From Bradymonadia bacterium (GTDB lineage Bacteria; Myxococcota_A; Bradymonadia; UBA7976; UBA1532): a stretch of DNA of 56,012 bases. Each line of letters opens with the position of its first letter. Within the stretch, counting starts at the first letter, position 1. The notes beneath the pieces were generated by a model, which did no database searches, was not told the DNA's origin, and worked only from the letters and a program-made list of their open reading frames with translations. Of this stretch, positions 19,941 through 28,803 are shown in pieces. A program made the position numbers and the translations under genes. The stretch is from NCBI GenBank assembly GCA_046290225.1, contig JBKAGE010000061.1:1-56012 (forward strand), read 5' to 3'.

Positions 19941-20750
19941 TTACAGGTGGTTGAGCACGGTGTCAGTGGTGGCCGTCTTCATGCCCCGGGCGGTGAGATC
20001 GGCGATGAAGGCCGCCTGCAGATCTTCGAATCCGGGCACTGGCGAGGTGGCGTCGGTGAGCAACACGAGCTTCTCGACGTAGGCCGCCGCGGAGAACTGA
20101 TCGGCGATGTCCCGCACGGTGCTGGCGAGGCAGTGGCTGCCAGCCTCACCGGCGAGCAGAACCACGTCGGCCTGCTCGAGCGATTCGACAAAGCGCGTGT
20201 TGGTGTGGGTGGTGGCGTCTCGTGGATCAGGCACCTCGGCCTGCACTGCGCTGAAGTGCTCTGTCCAGGGGTTGCTGCCCTTGGTGACGTAGTCCACCCA
20301 GGCGAAGCGATCAGTCCACTCGCTCAGGGCATCGGCGAGATCGGGCATCAGGCCGTGACCCTCTGATCCGATCAGACAGTGCTGGGGCCAGACCGTGTGG
20401 GGGTAGCGGCCGCCCGCTTCGAGGGCCCGCAGGTACTCAAGGGTGCGGGCATAGGCCCCAGGGCGGGTGGTGGTCCAGACCCCGTCGGCGAGATCAGCGG
20501 CGGTGATCCGGGTAAAGGGCGCAGGGTGCTTGCCGTTGCTGTCGACGAACCAGGCCGGGTGGGCGATGTCCACCGGGTGGTGGGCGTCGAGGGTGACGTG
20601 CACGTCGCTGAGCGTGTTGCGCATGCGTTTGATGAGCAGGGCGAGCCGATCGATGTCCTTGTCGGCGCCGGGTACGCTCAAGGCCCCCTGGGGATGGCAG
20701 AAGTCGATCTGCGGGTCGATGATGACGAGGTGAACGTTCTTGCCGGGCAT
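19941..20750 (-). CDS. pncA: Nicotinamidase (isochorismatase/cysteine hydrolase family)
   Basis: IIDPQIDFC..GALSVPGA, TLDAH, WPQHC, TKG and GEAGSHC motifs (Asp-Lys-Cys triad); GAGGAGG RBS. Confidence 0.88.
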   Translation of the reverse strand: MPGKNVHLVIIDPQIDFCHPQGALSVPGADKDIDRLALLIKRMRNTLSDVHVTLDAHHPVDIAHPAWFVDSNGKHPAPFTRITAADLADGVWTTTRPGAYARTLEYLRALEAGGRYPHTVWPQHCLIGSEGHGLMPDLADALSEWTDRFAWVDYVTKGSNPWTEHFSAVQAEVPDPRDATTHTNTRFVESLEQADVVLLAGEAGSHCLASTVRDIADQFSAAAYVEKLVLLTDATSPVPGFEDLQAAFIADLTARGMKTATTDTVLNHL

Positions 20751-20772
20751 GTCTGGCCTCCTCGGTGAGGGG

Positions 20773-20812
20773 TTGGTGTATGATTTACACTAAAGTGTTT
20801 TTCGTACACGAA
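20773..20812. promoter_or_regulatory. Tandem NrtR-type operators upstream of pncA-vWA-kinase
   Basis: TTG-GTGT-ATGATTT-ACAC-TAA (20773-20793) and AAA-GTGT-TTTTCGT-ACAC-GAA (20792-20812). Confidence 0.78.
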
Positions 20813-20923
20813 GGCCAGAGGTTTTATTGTAGGTGTCTGATCTGGAAGTGGTTTTAGATTGGGGAGGCCCGAACTCGATTGTGACCGTGAGAGGTCTCAC
20901 GCTTCAGCGAGCAAGGTGAAAGG

Positions 20924-23900
20924 TCATGCGCCGGTGATCACGTGGATGTCCAGAGCCACTTCGCTGAAGACGACGGCCGGGGCCTCACGCCATTGGAGGG
21001 TGTCGTCGTCATGGCTGAGCGAGATGCCAGTGAGCTCGATCTCTTCGCCGGCGAGATCGGGGATGTAACCATCGTGGTGGAGGGTGATGTGATACTGGCC
21101 CACGGTACGGCTGGCCTCGTGGATGGCCCCAGCGTCTTCCCGAGGACCGCGTTCATAGCCCTGGGCGTTGAGGCCCTTCATGAGCTGACCTGCGGTGATA
21201 CGGGGCAGGTGCGTGAATAACTCACCATCGTCGGGCAGGTCGCTCGGGGTGAAGACCCGTCGATCCATCTGCATGAAGAGGGCGCGCTCTTTGGCATACC
21301 AGAGGGCATCTTTCCAGGCGTCACGCTGCTCCGCATCAAGGTGGATCGGGTGCTGCAGCCTGACGGCACCGCCTTCGGGCAAGGTGAAGGTGTTGTCTTT
21401 CAGATCGACGGTGGTGTGAGTCCCGTCTTCGTCTCGATCGACGCGGAACGCCCCCGCTGAGCTGCCGCTGGCGTGGACAGCCTCCCAGACGAGGCGGCGG
21501 CCGAGGGTGCGCATCAGCGGGTGCTCGACGAAGCGCTTGCGCCAGTCCGCCACGGGCCAGGTGCGTTGAGATGCGAGGGCGTCTTCGAGACGCCGGGGCT
21601 GCACCTTCTGGATCTGCTTCATCTCTTTGCGGATGGCCGACAACGCGGCCTTGGCCTGCTGCACTTTCACCACGTCATCGGTCGTGCGGGCCGCTGGCAG
21701 TGACTTCACCACCTTGCCTGAGTTGCTGATGATCTTGATGTTGAGATCTTCATCGAGCTGCAGGGTGATGGCTCGGGGCCCATAGTCGAGCATTTGTCGG
21801 CCCGAGCCGTCGAAGCCACAAGCCGACATCGCCGAGTCCACGAGATCGTCCGCAGTCATGCCTCGGGCGTCCGCCATGCGATGGAGCCCTGCGAGCGAGC
21901 GCCACCTCAGGGCATCACGACGGGTCTTGCGGTGGGCTGTGTCCAGGGCTCGAATCGCGGCGTCCGAGCCATTGCGCACCAGAGCCTCGACCCCTTCGTC
22001 GCCCCACTTCGTGCGCTGACTGCTCGCCAGCTCGTCGAGCTGGCCGGCGATGGCCGCTACCCGGTCGACACCGCCGAAGATCGCCTGGGCGAAGAGTGGC
22101 CACCCACTGTAGGGGAACCGGTGGGCGTCCACGAGGGCGCTGGCCAGTGCCTCTGCCTTCACCGGATCGAGGCGTCGAGCGAGGGCGTGCAGCGCCTCTG
22201 AGCCTCGGGTCAGGCTCTCCTGCCCCACGGTGCCGATGAGCCAGGCCTGGGCTGCCCGGGTCAGCGGTTCGCCGGATCTCCACTGAGCCAGAGGCAGTGT
22301 GTCGAGCTCGACACCGTATGGGGGCTCTGGAGCACTCAGGCCCTCAAGGGTGGCGTTGAGATCTGCGTCGGCGATCGCGTCGATGTCTATGCTGGCGGCC
22401 TGCACCTGGGCGAGGGCGCTCTTGAGGCCTGGGAAGTCCTCACCCACTCTGGCGGCAAATGCGCGAAGCGGTTCGAGGCTCGACGGCAACATGGTGCGGC
22501 TGAGGATCTGCACCAGTGCCCCTTGAATCAGGGGATCTTGGGTGGAAGCGAGCGTTGTGTGTAACGCCGGCAGCACCTCGTCAATGTGATGCACGAGAGA
22601 CTCGATCACTGGCCCGCGCACCTTGGTCCGAGTGTCGGTGAGGGCCCCAATGAACAGTGGCACAAAGGCCTCGAAGTCGTATTGTCGAGCCCAGGCGAGC
22701 ACACCGGCGAGGTCGAATTCGCCGCGGTGTCTGCCGAACTCCAGCGGGCGCTTGAGCGGGCCGCCGAGGGCCCAGGGGGTGATCTCGTCTTTGATGGCGG
22801 GGCACACTTCGACGAGGGCGCTCAGGTAATCGTCGCCGTAATGGCTGTAGCAGGGCGCGATGGCCAGCGCGCGACGGCGGACTTCAGGATCGTCACCGAA
22901 GGCTTTCACCACCTCGAGCCAGTGCTTCGAGCTCTGTGCATAGTGGGTGATGCTGCTGTCTTTGTAAGCCCGGGCGAGATACTGGCTGTAGATGTGGGCC
23001 AGCTGAGAGCCCTGGTCGCGAAACTCAGTCCACCGGGCACCGTCACTGTCGAAGAGCGCCTCGATGATCTGCTCGGTGACAGCCGCATCCCCTTCGCTTT
23101 CAGTCTCTGGATCGCGCACCAGCGCGAGGGCTGCCTTCACGGCAGCGGCTTTCTCTTTGCCGAGGCGGGCTTGGGCGGTGGTGTAGGCTTCGGTAGTGGG
23201 TGGCAGGCCGGCGAGGACCAGGGCGGCGGCGAGGCGGGTGTCCTTGCGCTTCGAATTGATCAGCGGGATCACGTGGGGTGTGACCGATTCGGGGGGCAGG
23301 TGGGCGATGGCGCCCTCTGCCTGCTCGCGGATGGTCTTGCTGGTGCTGTTGAGTCCTGCCACCACACCTTCGGCGGCCTCGGCCTGCCCACTCTTCGCCA
23401 ACAAGGTGAGCATCACCGAGTGGGTGGCGCTCGAGCCCCGTTGAGCCGTGAGCGCTGCGTTGAAGTTGGGCACGAGATCACTGAGCCGGTCGTACAGGTG
23501 CCCGTCGGTGTGCTTTTCGTACTCAGTGCCTACGAGCGTCTCGACGAGGTGCTTCTGGTCATAGTCCAGGCGTCCGGGCAGCGCACACAGGGTGTTGGTG
23601 ATGTGCTTGAGCACCTTGGGGGTGTTGCAGGCCCCGATGAACAGCCAGGGGGTCTCTTTCGGAGCCAGCACCAGGGCCTCGAGCCGTTCGGGCGGGATCA
23701 CGGCGATGCACGTACGCACCGCGCGCCGGTGCTCACCCTCACCGCTGCCACCCCAGTTCTGGTGGTGATGGGTGATGAATTGCTCGAATTGTGGGTCGAG
23801 GGTGGCTGCAGGGGTCTGACCATCACGCTGGCACCGGCGCAGATAGGTCATGATGAGCAAAAAGGCTGGCCAGGGCTTGCGGGATTCGACCGGGCCGATG

Positions 23901-24688
23901 GTGAGCCCGGCAATCGCGCGTTCGAGCTGGGGCAGTGCATCGTCAGGTAGGGCGTCGAGGGCCTCGATACCTTGCCAGATGTAATAACTGTATTGAGTCT
24001 TCTCGGCGACACGCAGCAGGGTCTCTGTGTCGGTGTAGGGGAGCATCGATCCGAGCAAGACAGGCTTCTCGATGCTCGTCACCTCGACATCGTCGGCAGC
24101 TTTCACCATCACCGGGGTGAGCAGGTCGAGGGGCAGTCCGTCGGCCTGGCCGGTGTGGTGCATCACAATTTGCCTGGCCACAGCATAGAGGGTGACCTCG
24201 TCGAGGGCAGACCACTCGAGCATACCGTTGCGGGTGAGATGCCAGCCCACGGCGGTGCGCCAGGGCTCGGGCAGATTCGACCAGCGCGTGCCCATGGCTT
24301 CGGCGAAGGCGGCATCTTCTCGTTTCATCTGGATGAGATACGAGATGGGATACACATCACCGTCGAGATCGTCACTGCCTGCCATGCGCGAGGTGTAGCT
24401 GCCGTGATCTTTGATGGCTTTGGGGTAGCAGGCCTCCATGGCCAGCACCCACTTGACGAAGTCGTCGGCGTCGAAAGCGTCAGGCTCGTCGTTGATCACG
24501 TTGTAGAGATGCTCCTCTCGGGCGAGGTCGACCTCTCCGGCCCTGAAGGCCGCCCACAAGAGCGTGGAGTGTTTGCCGTCGAACCTCTCTCGACACAGGT
24601 CTCTGATTTTATCGTCGAGGCTGTAGCTGTCGCGGTAGCGCGAGACTAGGCGTGTGAGCTCGGGGAACAGATCTGCTGGATTCGTCAT
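20924..24688 (-). CDS. DUF4132 domain-containing protein with HEAT-like repeats (MolR-like)
   Basis: C-terminal LDYGPR...SLP...RLEDAL...W...FVEHPLM...RLVW...HP...W...FMQMDR signature; GAGGAGG RBS. Confidence 0.82.
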   Translation of the reverse strand: MTNPADLFPELTRLVSRYRDSYSLDDKIRDLCRERFDGKHSTLLWAAFRAGEVDLAREEHLYNVINDEPDAFDADDFVKWVLAMEACYPKAIKDHGSYTSRMAGSDDLDGDVYPISYLIQMKREDAAFAEAMGTRWSNLPEPWRTAVGWHLTRNGMLEWSALDEVTLYAVARQIVMHHTGQADGLPLDLLTPVMVKAADDVEVTSIEKPVLLGSMLPYTDTETLLRVAEKTQYSYYIWQGIEALDALPDDALPQLERAIAGLTIGPVESRKPWPAFLLIMTYLRRCQRDGQTPAATLDPQFEQFITHHHQNWGGSGEGEHRRAVRTCIAVIPPERLEALVLAPKETPWLFIGACNTPKVLKHITNTLCALPGRLDYDQKHLVETLVGTEYEKHTDGHLYDRLSDLVPNFNAALTAQRGSSATHSVMLTLLAKSGQAEAAEGVVAGLNSTSKTIREQAEGAIAHLPPESVTPHVIPLINSKRKDTRLAAALVLAGLPPTTEAYTTAQARLGKEKAAAVKAALALVRDPETESEGDAAVTEQIIEALFDSDGARWTEFRDQGSQLAHIYSQYLARAYKDSSITHYAQSSKHWLEVVKAFGDDPEVRRRALAIAPCYSHYGDDYLSALVEVCPAIKDEITPWALGGPLKRPLEFGRHRGEFDLAGVLAWARQYDFEAFVPLFIGALTDTRTKVRGPVIESLVHHIDEVLPALHTTLASTQDPLIQGALVQILSRTMLPSSLEPLRAFAARVGEDFPGLKSALAQVQAASIDIDAIADADLNATLEGLSAPEPPYGVELDTLPLAQWRSGEPLTRAAQAWLIGTVGQESLTRGSEALHALARRLDPVKAEALASALVDAHRFPYSGWPLFAQAIFGGVDRVAAIAGQLDELASSQRTKWGDEGVEALVRNGSDAAIRALDTAHRKTRRDALRWRSLAGLHRMADARGMTADDLVDSAMSACGFDGSGRQMLDYGPRAITLQLDEDLNIKIISNSGKVVKSLPAARTTDDVVKVQQAKAALSAIRKEMKQIQKVQPRRLEDALASQRTWPVADWRKRFVEHPLMRTLGRRLVWEAVHASGSSAGAFRVDRDEDGTHTTVDLKDNTFTLPEGGAVRLQHPIHLDAEQRDAWKDALWYAKERALFMQMDRRVFTPSDLPDDGELFTHLPRITAGQLMKGLNAQGYERGPREDAGAIHEASRTVGQYHITLHHDGYIPDLAGEEIELTGISLSHDDDTLQWREAPAVVFSEVALDIHVITGA

Positions 24689-24835
24689 CGGGCCTCCTCA
24701 GGGAAGAGACTCTGGGTATGCCACGACATGTGCCCACGGGGAACGCCGTCGACTTGGCCCGATATGCCATGACCGACGGTTCGGGATGGATGGCACAGAG
24801 GTGGATCTGGCCCGTATGGAGAGCTTCTTCTGAGG

Positions 24836-25535
24836 TTACTCATCTGAGCGCCACAACAGATCGATGAAGCCGCGCATATAACGCTTGGCGCTCATACGGC
24901 CTCCAGTGACGTGGTCCACCACCTGATCCGCCTGCAGACGAATCGTCCGGCGCTTGTCGCCCCGGGCGCCACCACCGATATCTGCCCGTCGCCGAGCGTT
25001 TTGCTCGGCAGCCCGTGCAGAGCGTGCACGCTCTTGCAGGTGCGCACGCATGATGGCTTTGGCCTGCTGCAGGTTCTGGTGCTGGCTGCGCTCGGACTCC
25101 ACTCGAACCATCAACCCCGTAGGGATATGGGTCAGCTGGATCGCGCTGTCGGTCTTGTTGCGGTGTTGACCCCCGGCGCCGCTGCCGCGGCAAGCCTTGA
25201 ACGTGAGATCACGATCATCGAGACGCATCTCGGAGGCCTGCACCATGGGCAGCACCGACACCGTGATGGTGCTGGTGTGCACACGACCGCGTTTTTCGTT
25301 GGGAGGCACCCTCTGGAACCGATGGCCGCCCGCTTCGTGGGCGAAGGCCTCGGCGGCCCCGGAGCCGCTCACCTGCAAGCAGACGAAGCCGGGGCGCTGG
25401 TCGAGGACTCGGAGGTCAAAGACGTTTGTGATCCGTGTACTTCACGTACAGAGCCATTTGTGCTTCGACGAGGCTCTTGCTGTCGGCGCCGCCCTCGGCG
25501 GCCCGGATCTCCACGATCAGCGTCTGTGATCGCAT
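24836..25535 (-). CDS. RF1-like peptide chain release factor homolog lacking domain 1, split by a +1 frameshift (about 232 aa)
   Basis: AAGGAG RBS and ATG 25535 give MRSQTLIVEIRAAEGGADS...YVKYTDHKRL-stop. The +1 frame continues DLRVLD...EAGGHRFQRVPPNEKRGRVHTS...GAGGQHRNKTDSA...ERSQHQN. Confidence 0.88.
25415..25421 (-). other. Candidate programmed +1 frameshift site CTT-TGA-C
   Basis: Identical to the prfB shift site and located at the frame junction. Confidence 0.72.
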
Positions 25536-25568
25536 GGTCTTTCTCCTTGGCGCACATCTGCGCCTGCA

Positions 25569-25593
25569 AGAAGCCCTGACAGTCAGGGCTTCT
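25569..25593. promoter_or_regulatory. Perfect 25-bp palindrome upstream of the RF-like gene
   Basis: AGAAGCCCTGAC-A-GTCAGGGCTTCT. Confidence 0.5.
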
Positions 25594-25683
25594 GAGTGTC
25601 AGGCATCACATGGTTGTGATGGCATGGCTCACCGCGACGGATGAGCGAGTGGGAGGGTGACGCAAGTGGGTCTCGAGGGCAAA

Positions 25684-25866
25684 TCAGAGCCGATCGAGCC
25701 AGGCCCGCTGAGCATCGCTCACGTTCAGGAGAGGGCGAGTATTTCTGAGGGTTTCGAGAGCCTCATCGACGGATTGGGCTTGCCCGCGAGCCAGCAGAAT
25801 CGCTGCGGCGACAGTCCCGGTACGGCCGTGCCCTTGAGCGACCAGAAAGAAGAGCGCGTATCGCAT
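25684..25866 (-). pseudogene. Internally deleted dual-specificity/tyrosine phosphatase remnant
   Basis: MRYALFFLV joined directly to AQGHGRTG...: a CX5R P-loop missing its His-Cys, followed by phosphatase-like C-terminal helices; 60 aa. Confidence 0.7.
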
Positions 25867-25867
25867 C

Positions 25868-26902
25868 TCAGGGCACCAGCCGCCTGAAGCCGTGACCCAG
25901 CACCACCACCAGCTGCGCGAGGTTGCGGACGGGCACCAGGGGCCACCACCAGCGCACGCGTCGATCGTCGCCACGTGCCAGGGCCTCACCGGCTCTCTGG
26001 AGCGTCGCCAGAGACAGCGGGCCGTTCTTGATGGGTGTCAGCCACGCCTCAGGCCAGATCGACGGCCCGTGCTCGACGCCGAAGAGGGCCCCGGCGATGG
26101 CCCCGGTGGTGTCGGTGTCACCCCCGCAGCGCCAGAGTTGGTCCAGGCCTTCACAGGGATCTTCTCTGTGCCGCAGGACTGTGTAGATCACCATGGGGAC
26201 CGTGTGGTGCATGTACCCGGTAATGCCTTCCGACAAACCCAATAGATCTGCAAGGTTCGACACTGTGAGTTCGCCAGCCAAGGCGTGTTGCACCGAGTCC
26301 ATCGCCTCGCGCCATGTGGCGTCTCCGTTTGGCAGCGCGCGCAGGCGGGTGAGCAGATCGGCGACAGGCTCTGTCGAGCCGAGTCTCGACCAGGCCGCCA
26401 CCTCGGCGATGGCCAGGGCCCCTACGAGTGCTTGTGGATCGGTATGGGTCAGCCAGGTCGAGGCCTCCACGTGGGCGAGACGTGCCTCAGCGTCGTCGTG
26501 GAAATACGCGCCGATCATCGGGGCCCGCATGGCCGGCCCGTTCCCTGCAGACCAGACTCCGGCGCGGCGGCTCGGCCAGCCGAGGCACAGCTTGATACAG
26601 GCCCGGGCTGTGCCCAGACCCAAGCCCGGGGGCAGGGCGAGGAACCAGCCCCTCAAGGCCCAGGCGAGCCGGTCGCGGAATGCGTCGACGTCGCCCTGGC
26701 TGGTGATGAGGCTCTGGGCCACGAAGAACGCATGATCGGTGTCGTCGGAGCACATGCCCCAGGGGCCGAGCAGTCGGTGGCGCCAGGGTCCGGGCATACG
26801 TCGGGCGATCTGTCGGGGCTTCAGGCCCTCGGCGGGCAGGCCCACGCTGTCGCCGACGGCGGTGCCCATCAAACAGCCGACGAGGGCGTGCTCTGAGGTC
26901 AT
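25868..26902 (-). CDS. ADP-ribosylglycohydrolase family protein 2
   Basis: GTAVGDSVGLPAEG, SDDTDH, SAGNGPAMR and GGDTDT motifs. Confidence 0.92.
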   Translation of the reverse strand: MTSEHALVGCLMGTAVGDSVGLPAEGLKPRQIARRMPGPWRHRLLGPWGMCSDDTDHAFFVAQSLITSQGDVDAFRDRLAWALRGWFLALPPGLGLGTARACIKLCLGWPSRRAGVWSAGNGPAMRAPMIGAYFHDDAEARLAHVEASTWLTHTDPQALVGALAIAEVAAWSRLGSTEPVADLLTRLRALPNGDATWREAMDSVQHALAGELTVSNLADLLGLSEGITGYMHHTVPMVIYTVLRHREDPCEGLDQLWRCGGDTDTTGAIAGALFGVEHGPSIWPEAWLTPIKNGPLSLATLQRAGEALARGDDRRVRWWWPLVPVRNLAQLVVVLGHGFRRLVP

Positions 26903-26922
26903 GGTGCTTCCTTGGGGGATTC

Positions 26923-26943
26923 TGAGTGTTGTGTTGACAATAA
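26923..26943. promoter_or_regulatory. NrtR-type operator upstream of ADP-ribosylglycohydrolase 2
   Basis: TGA-GTGT-TGTGTTG-ACAA-TAA, 21 bp, 20 nt before the ATG. Confidence 0.68.
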
Positions 26944-27023
26944 CCGTCGAGGCCTAGGGTTTCTTTCATGCACGACTCGTGGCACAGATGAAGCGCGCAA
27001 CATCTATGGTGGAAGGGGGCGCT

Positions 27024-28793
27024 ATGTACTTGAGATCACGAGACCAGAGGCCCGAGCCGGGCCGGCCGCAGCGAGCCTGTGTGTGGGCGCTTTTGTCTGT
27101 GGTGTTGTGTCTCGTCGGGTGTGGTGGGGCCCAACGGGGCAGCGCGCCTGCTGTCGATCTCACCACCCATTTGAGGGCCTCGACGACGGCGATCTCGATG
27201 CACGGTCCCCACTGGCCCCAGACCATTGGTCAATATGCAGAGGCCTTTGCCCAGCTCCGACCGGAGCTGTTGCCTCGGGTGCCGTCCATCTTCCGACCTA
27301 GTGCCCGCACCGACGCGCTCGGGTTCGATCTGGCCGACGCAGGGGCTTGGCGAGAGCGGGGCTTTGATGCCGAAACAGGCGTATTGATCGCGCTCGAGAC
27401 ATTGTCTGAGAAGGCGCAGATGCAGTTGTTGTGTCTGATGCGGCTGACTGATCGGGCGAAGTTCATCAAGTGGCTGCGTGATCAGGGCGTGGAGATCGTG
27501 GTGGTCAGCCAGTCCGATCGGACATCGTCTCTGCTGACCATCAATGGCAGCGCGTTCTTGATGGGCACCCGGGGTGAGATCACGGTCATCAGCCCGAACG
27601 ACGGCACAGATCAGGCCGAAGCCGATGGGCGCCGGGACCGGTTCGAAGCGTTTCTGGCCCACAAAGCGCCTGCCCTCGACGCAGACGCGCTCTACCGCGA
27701 CACCTTCGCCGCTGACGATGGCTTCAACGGTCGGGTGTACGTCAACGGCGCCCGCATCTACGAGTTTTTGCAGGTGGGGTTCCCTGGTGCGCAGTGGTTG
27801 CAGCTGGTGCCCAGGGCTCTGGGGGTGTCTCTCGATCGAGGCGACACCACCCTGCACATCGTCAACACCCCCGAGGTGCATCGGGGGCTCGTGCGCATGT
27901 TCGACAGCCAGCACCCTGCGCCGGAAATCGCCCAACCCTACATGACCGGCAACGGCTGGATACAAATTCAGGCCCACATCAACCTCGAAGGCTTCTTCGA
28001 GGGCATGTCCATCATCGGCAAAGCTCTGAAGGTGAGCCCCGAGCAGCAAATCGACACCGGTTTGGAAGGCCTGCGCAGCAGCCTACCCCTCTTTGTCGGC
28101 AGCAGCATCGAGGTGCTGTCTCAGACCTTCACCGGGCAACTGCTCTTCGCCGGCAACCTTGGTGAGATCTCCGAGGCCACCGACTTCGGCATTGAGATCT
28201 CCACGCTCTTGAGGCGCTTGCAAGATGCTGTGTTGATCCTACCTGCACACCCGAAGGCAGATGGCCTCGGCGCCTTTGAGCGTCTGGCTCAAGCGACAGG
28301 TGGGGGCCCTGGCCAGCGTATGGAGCTGAGCGAAGAGCCAGTGCTCGTCTTCGATGACACTTACTTTGTTCAGCGCAGTGATCATCTGCTCGCTGGCCCG
28401 AAGGCCACAGTCGAGACCGCGTTGAGTGATCCTGGATGGGCACTGAAAACAGGCCAGTCAAAAGATCTCTTGCGCCTGCGCATGTCGGCGGGGGTGATGC
28501 GTTTTCTCCAGAGTGGGCCCACTGCCCGGGGGCGATCTGACGACATCGACACCGAGACTGAGCGGCTCACGGGGTTGATCTTCGCCCAGCTCAGCGATCT
28601 GGCACGCTATGGTGAGATCAGCGTGTCGCTCACTCAGCGGGGGGTCGACGTCACCACTCAAGGCCAGATGAGCGTGCTCTCGCTCGCCAGTCAGCTGTCA
28701 GCGATCATCATGATGCCTGAGCGCTTGCGTCGAAGGCCTCCGAGCATCGACGTCCCCCAGGGCCCTGGGCCGATCATCGACGCGGCCCCATGA
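27024..28793 (+). CDS. Hypothetical lipoprotein
   Basis: Long ORF with lipobox LVGC; start uncertain. Confidence 0.7.
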   Translation: MYLRSRDQRPEPGRPQRACVWALLSVVLCLVGCGGAQRGSAPAVDLTTHLRASTTAISMHGPHWPQTIGQYAEAFAQLRPELLPRVPSIFRPSARTDALGFDLADAGAWRERGFDAETGVLIALETLSEKAQMQLLCLMRLTDRAKFIKWLRDQGVEIVVVSQSDRTSSLLTINGSAFLMGTRGEITVISPNDGTDQAEADGRRDRFEAFLAHKAPALDADALYRDTFAADDGFNGRVYVNGARIYEFLQVGFPGAQWLQLVPRALGVSLDRGDTTLHIVNTPEVHRGLVRMFDSQHPAPEIAQPYMTGNGWIQIQAHINLEGFFEGMSIIGKALKVSPEQQIDTGLEGLRSSLPLFVGSSIEVLSQTFTGQLLFAGNLGEISEATDFGIEISTLLRRLQDAVLILPAHPKADGLGAFERLAQATGGGPGQRMELSEEPVLVFDDTYFVQRSDHLLAGPKATVETALSDPGWALKTGQSKDLLRLRMSAGVMRFLQSGPTARGRSDDIDTETERLTGLIFAQLSDLARYGEISVSLTQRGVDVTTQGQMSVLSLASQLSAIIMMPERLRRRPPSIDVPQGPGPIIDAAP

Positions 28794-28803
28794 GGGGCAC
28801 AAT

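Noticed and set aside
24836..25535. Calling the release factor prfB, prfA, prfH or arfB
   Set aside because: No SPF or PxT motif, no domain 1, no adjacent rtcB, and it retains domain 2/4 sequence that ArfB lacks.
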